DNA from: Monocercomonoides exilis PA203
Lineage: Eukaryota; Protista; Preaxostyla
DNA: 64,000 nucleotides
Direction of reading: 5' to 3'
Assembly: GCA_001643675.2 (NCBI GenBank)
Contig: LSRY02000017.1
Span: forward strand, 372,001 to 436,000
Shown piece by piece: positions 1-13,202 of this stretch; within the stretch, counting starts at the first letter, position 1, and every line of letters starts with the position of its first letter. The position numbers and the translations under genes were made by a program. The notes under the pieces were generated by a model. It saw only the letters and a list, made by a program, of their open reading frames with translations, was not told the DNA's origin and made no database searches.

Positions 1-3000
1 TGCATTGTAAGGTCTGTATAAATAGTACATGAGCGTGGTTGATATGTTTTCTGGTGCATCAGCATTGAATCCCCACAAAGTGTCTCGTGGTGTTTCTTCC
101 GTAACAAAGTTCACAAACCTTGGATTCGTAACCACCCCATCAAATAAGCAACCATCAACATAAATGTGTTTCCCAAGATTAGCATCACAATTTGTAAAGA
201 GAAGCGAAGAAAATAGATATACAACCGAAGGATCGCATTCATCTACCCCAAGATAAATGCCTCCTCCATTTCCCAAAGTGTTTTTATTTGCCACACTCGC
301 ATCAAACGTACAATCTGCAACTGTAAAGTTTCCAGGATTGGCCAAGCGGCAATGCAACGAACCTCCATGGTTGGTAAGCGCGTTGTTTGAGTTGAATGAG
401 CAGTTTTCAATGATAACATGGTTAATACGATCTCCATCAACATTACGATGTACACTTGTTGGCTCTTCATGACCAAGCCATGTATTTAAAATTGATCCAT
501 TTCCTTTCTCAGTGTTGAAATTATCGAATCTCGAAAAATTGAAAATGTGAATTTCATCAGGAAGAACGCCTCTGATAAAGCCTCCGTCTGTAAATGTTCC
601 TGTTGTGAAATTGCAGTCAGAGATGCGGATGCTGCCTCCATAGCTTGCTTCCAATATTCCAGTTGAATTTGTGCCTGCTTCCAAGATATCCTGACTATCG
701 CTGCTAATTCCAGTGGAGTTGCAGCACAAAAACGTTATGTCAGCATCATATGAAACTGTTACCAATTGTGATAAACGAACAAAGTGCAAAACGTTCAGCA
801 CAACCTCTGTAACATTCATTGAACCTCCTGTCGCAGAAAGAAGACCGCACTCAACTGTGAAATCTGGTGCGGTTGATCTTGACGAAATTGTGCAATTGAA
901 TATGTTAATGTTTCCTCCGCTTTGTTCGAAAAGTTGATGAGTTGTAGATACTCCAGGCATCCAGAAATCGATGTGCCAAAACTGAATTTTCTCTGGGGCA
1001 ACGCCAGAACGTGGGTGGTTTGTAAATTGAGTATCTGAATCAATAAGCATTTTGGAATATGAATTATTACATGTGAAATTCGTAACAATTGCTTGGAGTT
1101 CAACAGTATAATTTAATGTTGAAACATTGACTATGCGAATTTCTCGGATATTTCGAACATTTTTCACCCAATTCTCATCCAAACGCCAATGTGAATAATC
1201 AACTTTTCCACAAGGAAGGAGATCGTGTCCGCATCGAATGTGGTTTTTCTCTGAGTCATCAACATAAATTTCATTGATTGGTCGGAACAGCCAATAGAGC
1301 AATGTTGTGGAAACATTTTCGTTCGCATTTGCATTGTGACCCCAATAAGCAGGACGTGGAGTTTCTCTTGTATACGAATAATTGAACTGCAATCCCCAAA
1401 TATTGCTATCAAAGTTGAAACCTTCGATATAAATATCTGTTCCAAGTGTTGCATTACAATTACTGAACGATGTGTGATTGAATTGATAATCAACTTTGTT
1501 AAAATCATCCACAGATCCAATAATCTCATAATATATTCCACCTCCTCGGCCATTCAAGGTAGTAACTTCATAGTCTGGTGGAATAACAGCTTGATTTGAC
1601 GCTGAATGTGTAGGTGGAGTAATTGGAGCAGTGTATGCTTTGCAAGCTGTAAATATACAATTGTGAGTCTGAAATGCACTTTTCATTGAAGCCACAATAT
1701 AGATTGCACCTCCATCAAATGAATTTGATTCGCAATCACTGAAAGTTGTGTCACGGAAAATAATAGAGTGCTTAACTGTGTTTGTTTCGTTATTTAAATG
1801 ATAATTAAACACAGAGCCATTTGTTGCTGTTGCAACAATTTGAGAAAAATCGCAATTAGCAACAACAGTCTCAACAACATCTTTGTTCAAAAAGTAGCTT
1901 CCCTTTGCTGAAGTGCCTCTTGTAAATATTGAATTGGTTATCTTCATCGACGCTGCATTCGTCAGCCTTATTAATCCAGTTCCTGTAGTTTGCACATCTG
2001 ATGAACGAACATTATTCATTGACAGTTCGCACGTAGTTCCAGACATGTCAATCATGAAGTGCTCGGAAAGGAAAGTTAGCTCTTTAATTTCAACTGTCTC
2101 AAATTTAACTTTTCCTCCAGCACTTGTTACAAGTCCCAATGGAGTAGATTTGCTTGTAGTGTCATTGTGAGTGATTATGCAATTATCGAATAGTATAATC
2201 ATTCCATCCTGATCAATCATTTCTATCTTGTCAGAATCTGGCGGAAGCCGAATGCAAATCTTCGACCACTTCATCAAATTTGTGTTCGATGAGCCTGGCC
2301 TTACAACAAATTGATTGTTTGGGTCAATCACAACTGTTCCTTTTTCTGTATCATTTGTCGTAATATGAATTGCACTTCCATTATGAATAACATTGGTTAC
2401 CAGATGTGTGTACTTGTGCACAGTGGATGGCCTTGGCCAATTTGAAACACGAATCTCATTTAATTCGGATTGATAATTTGTAACATTAGTCAAACGATAA
2501 TGAGAATAATTCAGCCATTGACACGGTAGATGCCAATGCCCACATCTAATGTGGTTTGCATCATCTCCAAATACATATATACTGTCGCTTGGCCTGAATA
2601 AATAGTAAAGCAATGATGTGGAAATGTTTAGTGGTTCGGTTTCATTTCCGTTCCATCCCCACAAATTTGGTCGAAGAGTGCTTGTTGAGTAGGATCCCGT
2701 CCATCTTTCTGGCATTACACTTGTATCAAAATGGAATCCCTCAATAAAGACGTCCGGTCCGTGTCCGGCTTCATTTCCATTCCAAGATGTTCTCCAAATA
2801 TGATAATCGAATACTTTTTGAACATTCAGAAGATCCGGTTGAAAAGTCATCATTACGCATCCTCCTTTAGAAGTATTCAATGTATACCATTCTTCGAATG
2901 ATGTTTTATCTCCACTTGGTCCAAGTGCTTTGCAGAAAGAAAAATCAACATCTTCAATGTAGCAGCGTGAAGACGATGACATTGTCACGTTCAAAAAACC

Positions 3001-6000
3001 ACCTTGATCGCAAGTTGTTTCAATGTTAGAAACGTTTGACTTTGTAATTGTAAAGTTTTTTGGGTAATTAGACCAAACAACTGGATGTTTCTCCAATACA
3101 ATGTTCCGAACAGAACTTGTGGTGATGCAAACAAAAGTATTTATTGGAGAAACAACCACAGGATACTGCAGCTTTCCAGCAGCTGAAGTTCTTTGCGTTA
3201 AGATGCATGCAGTCCAGCACATTCCTCCTGTTCCCGTAATTCCAAACATTGGCCCAACATACGCTCCATCGTTCGTAGCTGAAAATGTCAAACGGAAGTA
3301 TCGAATCCATCCATTTTTCACGTGGAATATGTGATGGTCAGGTGCTGTATCATTTGAAAAATCAGCTATGATATTTGAATCTTGAGCAGTCACAGAGTAC
3401 ATCTCCAGAAAATCATTTCCAAAATCTATTGTAGTTTCTATAAAGTTTCCAGGCTCTACCAAAATTTCTGCAACTCGTGTTTCACCGCTCCATGCTGCCC
3501 TTTGCTGTGAACGTTGGGCAGCATACGTGCAAGTCGCGCATGGGGTCCATTGCCCTCCGCATTCCTGGAAGTCATTGCCGTTGTCGTGATTGTGGCGCGT
3601 TCTCCCATCTACATTTCCGTCAGGCTTTGCAACAATAATGCTGTACTGCAAATATGTGGTTGATGTTTGATCTGGAAGCAAGAACGTGTCAAGATAATTC
3701 TTATTCGCAGTAACAAAACGATTGGGCTTACTTGCTGATTTGCACGTCAGTACATTGCTCCAGTTCCAATAATTTATGCCTGCTGCATTATAATCATAAA
3801 TATCAGCTCCTCCTCCAGATCCCGCAGTGTTTTCTGCGAATTCGCAGTTTGATAAAATATTGCTTGTTTTAGCAACATCTGAATGGACTTCAATTCCACC
3901 TCCTCGAATGCCACCTTTGCATTTTGTGCAGGTTAATCTATTAACATTAAATTGGCATGCAATAGGAATTGACACTCCACCACCAAATTCGGCAAAGCAA
4001 TTCGTGAATATGTTGGTATCCATGTTCACATTTGCTCCAGTTGTGGCCTCAATATGCATTCCTCCACCGGTATTGTGAGCTGTGCTGTTAATAACCTCGC
4101 AATTTGTGATAGTCACAGTTGAAGCAGATCCTGTTTGTGTAAAATGCAAGAAACCTCCTTTATATGCTGTGCACTTCTCAGCAAAAATGCCTTTCAGCAC
4201 AAGCGATTGTCCTGTTGCCCAAATACCTCCTCCGTGAAGGCTCGTTGCTGATGTGTTTGTGGCAGCTGTTGTGCAAGATGAAAACGAGGTTGTTCCATTA
4301 ATCTCAAGATTTGTAGCTTTAGAATAAACAGCTCCACCTCCAACAGTGCCTTTTGCTGTGCATGATATAAAATTGCAATCTGTAAGGACGAGATTCGTTC
4401 CTCCTTCAATGCATATGGCTCCTCCGCCAGAAGCAAACGTTGCATTGAACGTAACAGATGAAAACTTTGCCTTTGTAGGATTCGAGCAGTAGACGCATCC
4501 TCCCAGTGCTTCTGCTCCTGTATTAGACATTGATACGCTCTGGAACTTCCCTCCATTGATTTCAATGTTTGCACCATCAAACAAAGCTATTGCTCCTCCT
4601 TTACTGATGGCATTGCTCGAGCACGTTGTGAATGTTGTATCATTCATGACAAAATTTCCTTTTGAAACACAAAATCCATACCCATTGCAACCTGATGCAA
4701 TTTGACTAAACGCAGAACTTTTTACAGTCATTGTTGTGACAGATTCTAATTTTGCGAACATCGATGGCACATTTCCAGAAAATGATTGTATTGTCAGTGA
4801 AGTAAAAGTTGCTGTTGCTTTGTTCTTCAGATGTACAACTTTGCCAGGTCTCCCATTTGAGCCAGTAATTCTACTGTTTTCGTATTTAAACGAGCCACCA
4901 ACGCTTCCGCTTTGTACTCTAAAAACGACAGATTCCTCGTTTTGGGATGATAACGAAGAAATATTCACATTAGTTAATGAAACAGCTCCTGAAGTTGCTG
5001 TATTAAAAAAATAGCTTCCTGCTGTTGTCAGTGAAAGAGAATTAATTGCACAACTATCAAACGTAGCAGGCGAAGAGGTACCTGTTTGTGAAATAAAAGA
5101 ACCAGCTTTACTGAATGTAACTGAGGAAATTTGTAATCCAGTGATTGAAAGAGTAGATGAACAGGAGAGAAAAGGTGTTTTGGTGTTGGCTGATTTAACT
5201 TCAACATCAGCGAGCGTTGCGGAGTTTGAAATCGACAAAAGAGCTTCGCTACCGTCGGCTCCATTTGGCAAAAAGGCGATATTTTGCACATTAAATGCTT
5301 TGTCTGTCTTCAAAAGCATTCCTCCGAACATTGGACGCACAATTGTATAACTTTTTGATTTTCCTTTTAAAGTTACTGTTTTTCCATTAAAATTCATTGA
5401 AGTAGTCTCCTGGTAGGTCGCATCTTCAGTTACTACGATAGAAACTGTTGTTTTTCCTGCACGTGTGGCTGTCAGTTCCGTCCAATTGAAATTTTTGCAT
5501 TGCGTTGTAGATGAGCCGCATGCCGGACTTGCAAAGCCTTTTGACTGATTAACATATATTGTAACATCATTTAATGGGTACAAATATGGTAAAAGCGGTT
5601 CACCGTAAGGGCAAATAGATGAACTGGATTGCAGCCCATAGAGATCATTTTCTGTTACAGAAGACCAGTCTCCTGGATATTTTGTTTTTACAACTGTGTT
5701 GTTAAAATTTGGTCCGGCCATGTATATTATATTTCCTTTTGGAGCTGAATTTCCTCCACCAAAGCATCCTTTGGTAAAAAGATATGAAGGAGTGCCCGTA
5801 AAAGAAAAGTAAATCGCACCTCCTGCTCCGGTTGCAGAACAAGAAGAAAAGGTAGTTCCAGAAACGGTGAGTGTTCCACCATCCGCATTTATTCCACCGC
5901 CATTTATTGCGCCTCGAGTAGATATTGTTCCACCTTGAAGATTTAAAGTTGCACTGTTAGACTTTATAAAAGAATTTCCATTTGAAGAATAAACTCCACT

Positions 6001-6607
6001 ATTCACTTGGACAGTTCCTCCATTTGCCAATACAACTTCGCGTGATGATGTACCTGTTATTCTTCCCAAACTTAGAACAAGAGTTCCGCTAGACAAAGAA
6101 AAAGCGGGGTTTGAAGTTCCAGAAAGTGCAAGGGATATGGTCTGAAATGTTATTGTGCTGGTTGAAAGAGCAAAACAACCTTGTCCAGACAAATCCAACA
6201 CAGAACTGCTTGAGCCAGTGAAAGTATATGATCTAGAAACTGTTATTCTAGTTGCAAGTTCTGTTGATGTTTGAAAGGAAAGAGCAGTAACTTGAGTTGC
6301 TGAAGAATATAACGTCCAAAACTTCTGAACTGTTAAACAAGGATTGTCGATTTCTCCGCAAGTATTTTCATCAATGCCCAACGAAGAAACGTAGCCAGTT
6401 CCAGATAAAGCATTTGCATAACGAATTTCATTTGAATTCAAGCCTAAAACAAGTAAAAAAAGGCAGCAAACAATCAATAAAAGATCAGAGAAATTTGAAA
6501 GAATTCACACCATCTTTTTCTAAAACGTTTGGAGAAAATCCATTCGGCTCGTTTATTGCTTGATAAAAAGTTACGTATGATAACAATATAAAGATGGTTG
6601 AAAACAT
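1..6607 (-). CDS. Very large secreted/surface protein with repeated right-handed parallel beta-helix (pectin-lyase/Pmp-like) modules; 3' end runs off the window
   Basis: ATG at 6607 gives MFSTIFILLSYVTFYQA (signal-peptide-like). A GT-AG intron at 6510-6444 joins it to a frame that appears open to position 1 (spot-checked, >2,100 aa) and is absent from the ORF track, consistent with no stop in the window. Recurrent GGAIYF/GGGINA/GGAIAL/GGCVYC/GGGIYL motifs and D-x-x-x-CG-x4-PC caps. Confidence 0.8.
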
Positions 6608-6693
6608 AAGCAATATTGAAGAATTGTGATTAATATCCCATATTATACTTTATCTTGCCCACAATTTACTTTTTTGAAATAAATTACTGTTTA

Positions 6694-7052
6694 ATGGAGG
6701 TATCCTGAGAGATTATTTAGATTACATCATCATAATTGTTTTTTTATTGTCTTTATCTTTTTGATAAATTGTGTAATAATAGCAAGAAAGCATTGAGCAA
6801 AAAGAACCTGCGACAGCCGCTGAATTAACCCAGTACATTCAATCTCTGTTGGTTGATATGGTATTGTACAAATATTTTTAATTTTTGTGTTGTTTGTAGT
6901 TTGAATATTTTTATGTTTAGCAACAAAAGTTTCAAGAAACAACTGAAAGTGTTTTAAAGAGATTGGATGATATGAATACAAAAATTACGTCGCTAGAAAC
7001 ATCAGTCGCTGAAATGATGGAGCAAACTGGAACATCAGAAGATAAAATTTAA
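6694..7052 (+). CDS. HSBP1: Heat shock factor binding protein 1 (71 aa, 3 exons: 6694-6699, 6783-6860, 6921-7052)
   Basis: Manual splicing gives MEQESIEQKEPATAAELTQYIQSLLVDMQQKFQETTESVLKRLDDMNTKITSLETSVAEMMEQTG..., matching the HSBP1 coiled-coil consensus (LTxxVQxLLxxMQxKFQxxSxxIIxRIDDMxxRIxxLExxIxDLM). Confidence 0.85.
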
Positions 7053-7371
7053 GATAAATTTATATATTTTTAAGTAAAAACCTTTTTCGTGTTTTCGAAA
7101 TATTTTCTGAATTTTAATTTTGACCTTGAAAGTTGAAAGGTTTCTCCGCACTGCGCTTTTGCAATGAATGTTTTAAATTTTAAAGATTGTTAAAGAATTA
7201 CCGATATTTCTGGTATAAATGAATTTTTGATTAAAAAAAAACATTAACGAAATATCAAAATTCAAAAATGCAAAATAAATCACAAAAGAGTATTATTTCA
7301 ATGTAATAAATACTGAATTTTTAATAATGATTGAAATTCATTTTTTCGTTCTCCCTTAAAATTATTTTGAA

Positions 7372-9938
7372 ATGAGAATTATCAAGACTTTATCGTTTTG
7401 TGTAATAATCACAATGTTGGTCAAATTATTGACTTTTTCAAAAAGATCCAATTATGTTCCGATATTGTTCTATTTTTTTACAAAATCAGTTTCAGGCTTA
7501 TTCGTGTGAACTTCTAAGTTTTCATAAAATATTTATTTTTTACATGTTCTTTAAAGGCATATATCTTATTAATTGCATTTGTTGCTGTAATTTCTTATTG
7601 TTGCTTGAAAAAAATTTTTAGCGATATAAATATGCGAATTGCTGTGATTAATGCTTTCGTTTTAATAAGAAATTATTACATAAGATATTATATATTTTTG
7701 GATGAAACATTTGGAGATGCTTCAAGAAATAATTTAACAACTCTTTGTTGCATGCCTTTGCTTTTACTTGCATTTACTGTACATGAACGGATAAAAAGTC
7801 TTGGAATTCAACAAAACATTACGAAATTCTTGCTTTTCAAGCATATTTGCTCATTAATTATTTGCATTGTCGAAATCATTTCCTTGCTTTCAGATTTTTC
7901 GCTTAGAAAATGGGTTTATTTTACGGATTTCATCAGACTTGATTTTATTCAGAAAGATCAAATAAGCAAAAGACAATTTTTGTTAAATTGGGATTATAAC
8001 ATTTATTTAGTTTCATGCGTATATTCATTTCTATATTTTGGATTTGATGTTGAAATTGCAACGGTTCTTAATATGTGCCTCAAGGATCTATATATTCTTG
8101 TACGTATCATTTTTACACAAGCACTTTCTCCTCAAATGATGCATAAAAAAGCAATCACAAACACGCATTGTACGCTTCACGGAAATATTAAACAAATGAT
8201 TTGTAACAATTTTACAAAATTATTAACCTTCTGTTTCTTGAAACTTCGGAATTTTATGAGTTTCATTGTCTATTGGTTAACTAACTTTCTTGATGATCCG
8301 TGCCATGAAAAGCTTTACAATAGCATTATTCCATTATTAACTAATGTCATTATTTTGCTCAATGGATATATACCATATAAAGGATGGGGCCAACAAGATA
8401 ATCCTGCAGTTATTGAATCGATTACATCTGCTGAACCATTTGTGTCATCTTCAGCAACCATCCACAACTCTGTTAACCGATTAGGTTCCCGCCAGCTTCC
8501 ACAGCCTACATTGTACACTGGGCTACCAATTATTTTTGCTTTAATCGGAGACAATGAGTATCAAGAGTTATTGAGCAGTCCAGAGGTCTTTGCCTTTTTG
8601 TGCTTGATGGTTGAGTATCTCGGGCTATTTTTGCTGTGGTTTACGAAATCTGCACGCGATTTGCTGGCGTTGAGAAAAACATTGACCAGCATCCAGCAAT
8701 TGCGTAAAAGTGGGCTCAAACCTCCAACACAACAAGAGTTTGCAGAGTTGAATGACAAGACTTGTGCGATTTGCAGACTGGAAATGGAGATGGAGAGGGA
8801 GGAAGAAGAGGGAAATGAACAGGAAATAGAAGAACAAGTTGAAAAGGAGGATGTAACATATTTAAAAGAAGAAGAAACAAAACAAGAAAATATCTCAACC
8901 AGTGCTTTCGATGCTGAAAATGAAGAATTCACAATAAATTCTGAAGAAAATGGCGAATCTTCCATTTTTGTTCCGAACATTATTTCGAGCAGTGCCAAAA
9001 TGAATGTTGACGATTATTCTTCAGAACAGAATGAAGAGCAATGCCCTGTTGAAAAAGAAAAATATGACAGAAAAGATGACAATTCAACTTTATCTGATGA
9101 AAGAATGAGCGGACAATCAAACAAAAATGAGAGTAATCACGATGATGTTATGGATAATGATAATGATGATGGAGATGCAGTTATGAGGAAAATTCAACGA
9201 TCAGACAGTTCTTTGAATGAAAAAGAAAATGAAAAGGAAATGAAAAGAGACGATAAAAGTGAAGATGGTTGCATGAATATTGAGGAAAAAGAAGAGAAAA
9301 AACATGCACTCAAAGAATCATTTGTTCGTCGCTTATGGAATAAAATCCGAAAAGCCCCTTCTTCTTCTCCTCTTCCTTCTGCTTCATCGCCATCGTCTTC
9401 ATCATCATCATCATCTTCTTCTTCTTCTTCTTCTTCTTCTTTGGTATCTCCTCCCTTGTCCTCTTCATCTGCCCGTCCTCTTCCCCAAGAAACGCCCGAA
9501 GAATATGCTTTCCGTCAGACGCTGCGGCGTGCTCCGTGTGGTCACGTCTTCCACAATTCGTGTCTGCATGACTGGATAGTGCAGTTTGACACGTGCCCAA
9601 CCTGCCGTGCTTTGCTGTCTGCGGAAGAAGATAAAAAAATCGAAAAGAAGACGCGGAGGCAGAAGCAGAAGGAGCGCCGTATGCAAAAGAAAAAAGAGCA
9701 AAAAGAAAAAATTGAGAGGGAGCGAATGATGATGGAGAGTGAAATAATTGAAAGAAGCAGAATGTTGCTGAGGGATAACTCGGGAATGCTTGCAAACAGC
9801 GAAAAGATGCAAATTCTGTTGTATAATCACAAATTGATGCTGACTGTGCACTCGTGCAATAAAAAGTTGACTTCTTATCTTTTAAAAACTCCAATCGCTT
9901 CAATTCCTTCACTTCATTTTCAACCAACACTTACAAAG

Positions 9939-10015
<77 letters not shown>

Positions 10016-10373
10016 ACCATCTTCTTCTTCCTCCTCTTCCTCCTCTTCTTCTTCTTCTTCTTCTTCTTCAAATCCTTTATTGAATCCTTCTTCCTCCTCT
10101 TCATCCTCCTCATCTTCATCCTCATCCTCATTTCCCATGTCACATTCTTCTTCAATAGAATCTTCAAACATCGCAAATAACACTTCAGTGCAGAATTCAC
10201 CACTGAGCGACTCTGAAAAGAAATCTTCTCCAATTTGGCAAACAATTGCAGATGGTGTTGAAAACTTACCCAATTCATATGTTGAAAACCTGCAACCTGA
10301 AGATTTTATGTTTGTGGCGTCTGTGCTTGTGGAAGAGATTAATTTGCTACGAACGAAAAAGATAAATTCTTGA
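7372..10373 (+). CDS. Multi-pass membrane RING-H2 E3 ubiquitin ligase (HRD1/gp78-like); exon 1 7372-7503, exon 2 7557-10373
   Basis: Hydrophobic N-terminal half, then PTQQEF...DKTCAICR and PCGHVFHNSCLHDW...TCPTCR (RING-H2 ligands). An in-phase GT-AG intron at 7504-7556 links ATG 7372 to the 922-aa ORF. Confidence 0.8.
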
Positions 10374-11360
10374 ATGGCATCCAACAATTAATTTTTAATT
10401 TGATTGAACTATTCTAAAAGTGAAATATTGAATTAGTAAAAAAAAAACATTTTTCTTCAAATGTTCAAAGAACTTATGTTATTGCAAACTAAAAATGGTT
10501 GAAACACTTCCAGAACATGAATTGCGTAGTTGTAATTTGTGATTTTTTTTTTTTTTTTTTTGAATCTGAAGATAAATCACTTTTATATTTTTAACATATT
10601 TTTTATTTGAATAGTTATGTTTATTTTTGCCTTTTCATTTTAACTGTTTCTGTTTTTAAAGATCAATAGTCTATTTATCAATTTTTCAACTTCTGTTTTT
10701 TCAACCAACTCTCTTGTTCCGACCTTTTTCAGCAAGATAACAAATTTAACTCAATCAACTGGATTTATTTAAAATGGTTTGATTTTCAAAGAAAAATATT
10801 TTTTTAAGTGTATTTCATTATTTTTATTTGTTTTAATAGAAATTGATGTTTTGAAAAAAAAATCATGGATGAAAAACTTATTTTCAAAATAGAAAAACAG
10901 TCAAAGCTGGATTAAATCACACAGTGTTTAGCACATCTTTTTGTGACAATATCATATCGTGATCACAATTGATATCACTTTACACAGAAGGAAGTGAAAA
11001 ATACTAAATTGATATTTCAATTATGTGTAATATTTTTTGCATAATTAATTTCTTCATTAATACTTGTTTTTCAATTTCCAACAAATTTCATTGTCTTGTT
11101 ATATTATTTAGTCTTATTTAATTGATTTTTGAAAAATTGAATTTTAAACTTTCAGATACAAATCCGAATTTTTTTTTGAAAAAAATGCACATGAAAATAA
11201 CAAATCAGATTATTTATGTTTTGCTGTTATATCATATCCATGGAAAATGAATGAAAAAATGACAAAAATGTTTTTGGTTAAAAATGTGATTATTAACCAA
11301 AGTGATTGCATTCTATGTGATTATATTCCATATTGACTGAATCAACGACGACAGTGACAT

Positions 11361-11625
11361 ACAGTTTGCGCAAAAAATACCGGACAAGATCGATATCTCA
11401 ATAACCACAAGAAGAAAAATTCTGTTAATTTTCCTCAAAATATACCCTATCAATGCAAACTCAATTGATATGCAAAACTTTCAAAACTTCCTCGTTTGTG
11501 CTCAGAAAATAATTATTATTAAAATCTCGGAGAAACTCAAAATACAATTTTTCCGAAATTTCAATGATAATTTTTTTCTGAGCACAAAAGTTTTGTTTTT
11601 GAGAAAATTAACATGCGCAAACTGT
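11361..11625. mobile_element. Putative MITE / fold-back element (Tc1/mariner-like CAGT termini)
   Basis: 12-bp terminal inverted repeat ACAGTTTGCGCA...TGCGCAAACTGT, plus nested internal inverted pairs (TGTGCTCAGAAAA/TTTTCTGAGCACA; TTAATTTTCCTCAAAA/TTTTGAGAAAATTAA). TA on the left flank, TTA on the right. Confidence 0.5.
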
Positions 11626-13202
11626 TACCTATGACATTGACTGATGTTATTGTTTGTTTTTCAAATTGACAAAGATGTTTTTATTGGATAGCAAAAACAG
11701 ATCTAGAAAATCAATGTTTGGTATTTCCAAAAAAATAAACATTATCAACTTTTCACAAAATTATTTCTGTCGTTCTATTTTGTCAGCATGATTGAATTTT
11801 TTTAAATCTAATTTCAATACAAATATGATATCAAATGTTTCACTTCGTTGAACTTTCAAATAAACCTGAAAGATAAACTGCACTTTTTCGAAATGATTGA
11901 CTTTTTTGTTTGTGTTAGACATTTGTTTTGGAATAAAATCAACGAAAAGTTTATTTCAACAATAACAAACATGACAGAGATGCTCAAACTATTGAAAATA
12001 TGCATATTCAATGACATGTTTGATGTGAAGGAGTTTTTGTTGTCATTTCAGTCAGAATTAATATTTCTCTTCATATTTGTCAATTTTCTTTTTTTCTTAT
12101 TTTTTTAATTCAAATCAAAAATTTCTGAAAAAGAATTGGGTATTTATTTTTGATCTCATGTTTTACCATACAAAATTTTCGGTTCTAAAAAATTTGCTTG
12201 AATATTAACAAATGAACATTGAAAAGAAAAAATGCATTTTTGAGAGTCCATCATAATCAATTAAGCTTAAACATTTGTTTTTGAAACAGTTGTGATAATT
12301 TTATCATCTGAAAACAAAAACTTTTCTCAACGACAAACAATATTTGAAAAGACAACACACCGAAAAAAGTTCTGATTTCAAAAATTATCACACAATTATT
12401 CTCTTAATCATGTTAAACAAAAAAATTATGCAGTTGTCCGTAATCAACAACCAGAATTATTTTCTGAAAAGTGAAAAAAAAATACTGGGCACACTTTTTG
12501 AATTAATGATTTATGCATTAATTTATTCAAAACTTATCCTGAAATTTTATCATAAGATGCCTAAATTTTCAATGCATATAAAAAATGTGAATATTTAAAA
12601 AATGGAATTTTTTAATAAGTACAATGTGTGGAACAAGATTAACAAAGCAAACATTTTTGTCCCATAATAAAATAAGGGAAAAAAAATTCAGAAACATTAA
12701 AATGAAAGAAGTAATTTTTGTATTTGACAGTTTGTTTGAAAAAAGTTATTATATTGAACTTGTAATTTTGAATTGATGTTTTTCGATTGATAATTATTAT
12801 GTAATTTAATGACTTCGTAATAAATAAATCAGGTCAACACCAGGAACAACTTTTATTTAAGAGTTCACAGACAACTCATGAATAACTCACAGAGATTTGA
12901 GTTATTTTTTTTCCCGCGAACGTTTAAGAATAATATTTATTCACAAAAAAAAAAAAAAAAATGCAAGTGACCGACTTCACAACAATATTTTGCAAACTTT
13001 TCTCAGACTTGTACATAATTATCAAAATAGCAAAATTCAAAAAAGATCTGAGGATGATGATTTCTTTAAATTATCCTTTATTTTTTGATAAGAAAAATAA
13101 TCTTCATATAAATTTTTTTTATCCAAAAAGAATCATCAAGACATTAAATTAAGTTCATTTTAAATCATAAAACATAATAAAAATAATATAAAGAAAATTT
13201 CC

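Noticed and set aside
243-6563. Many short ORFs on both strands
   Set aside because: They are shadows of the single long minus-strand beta-helix gene.
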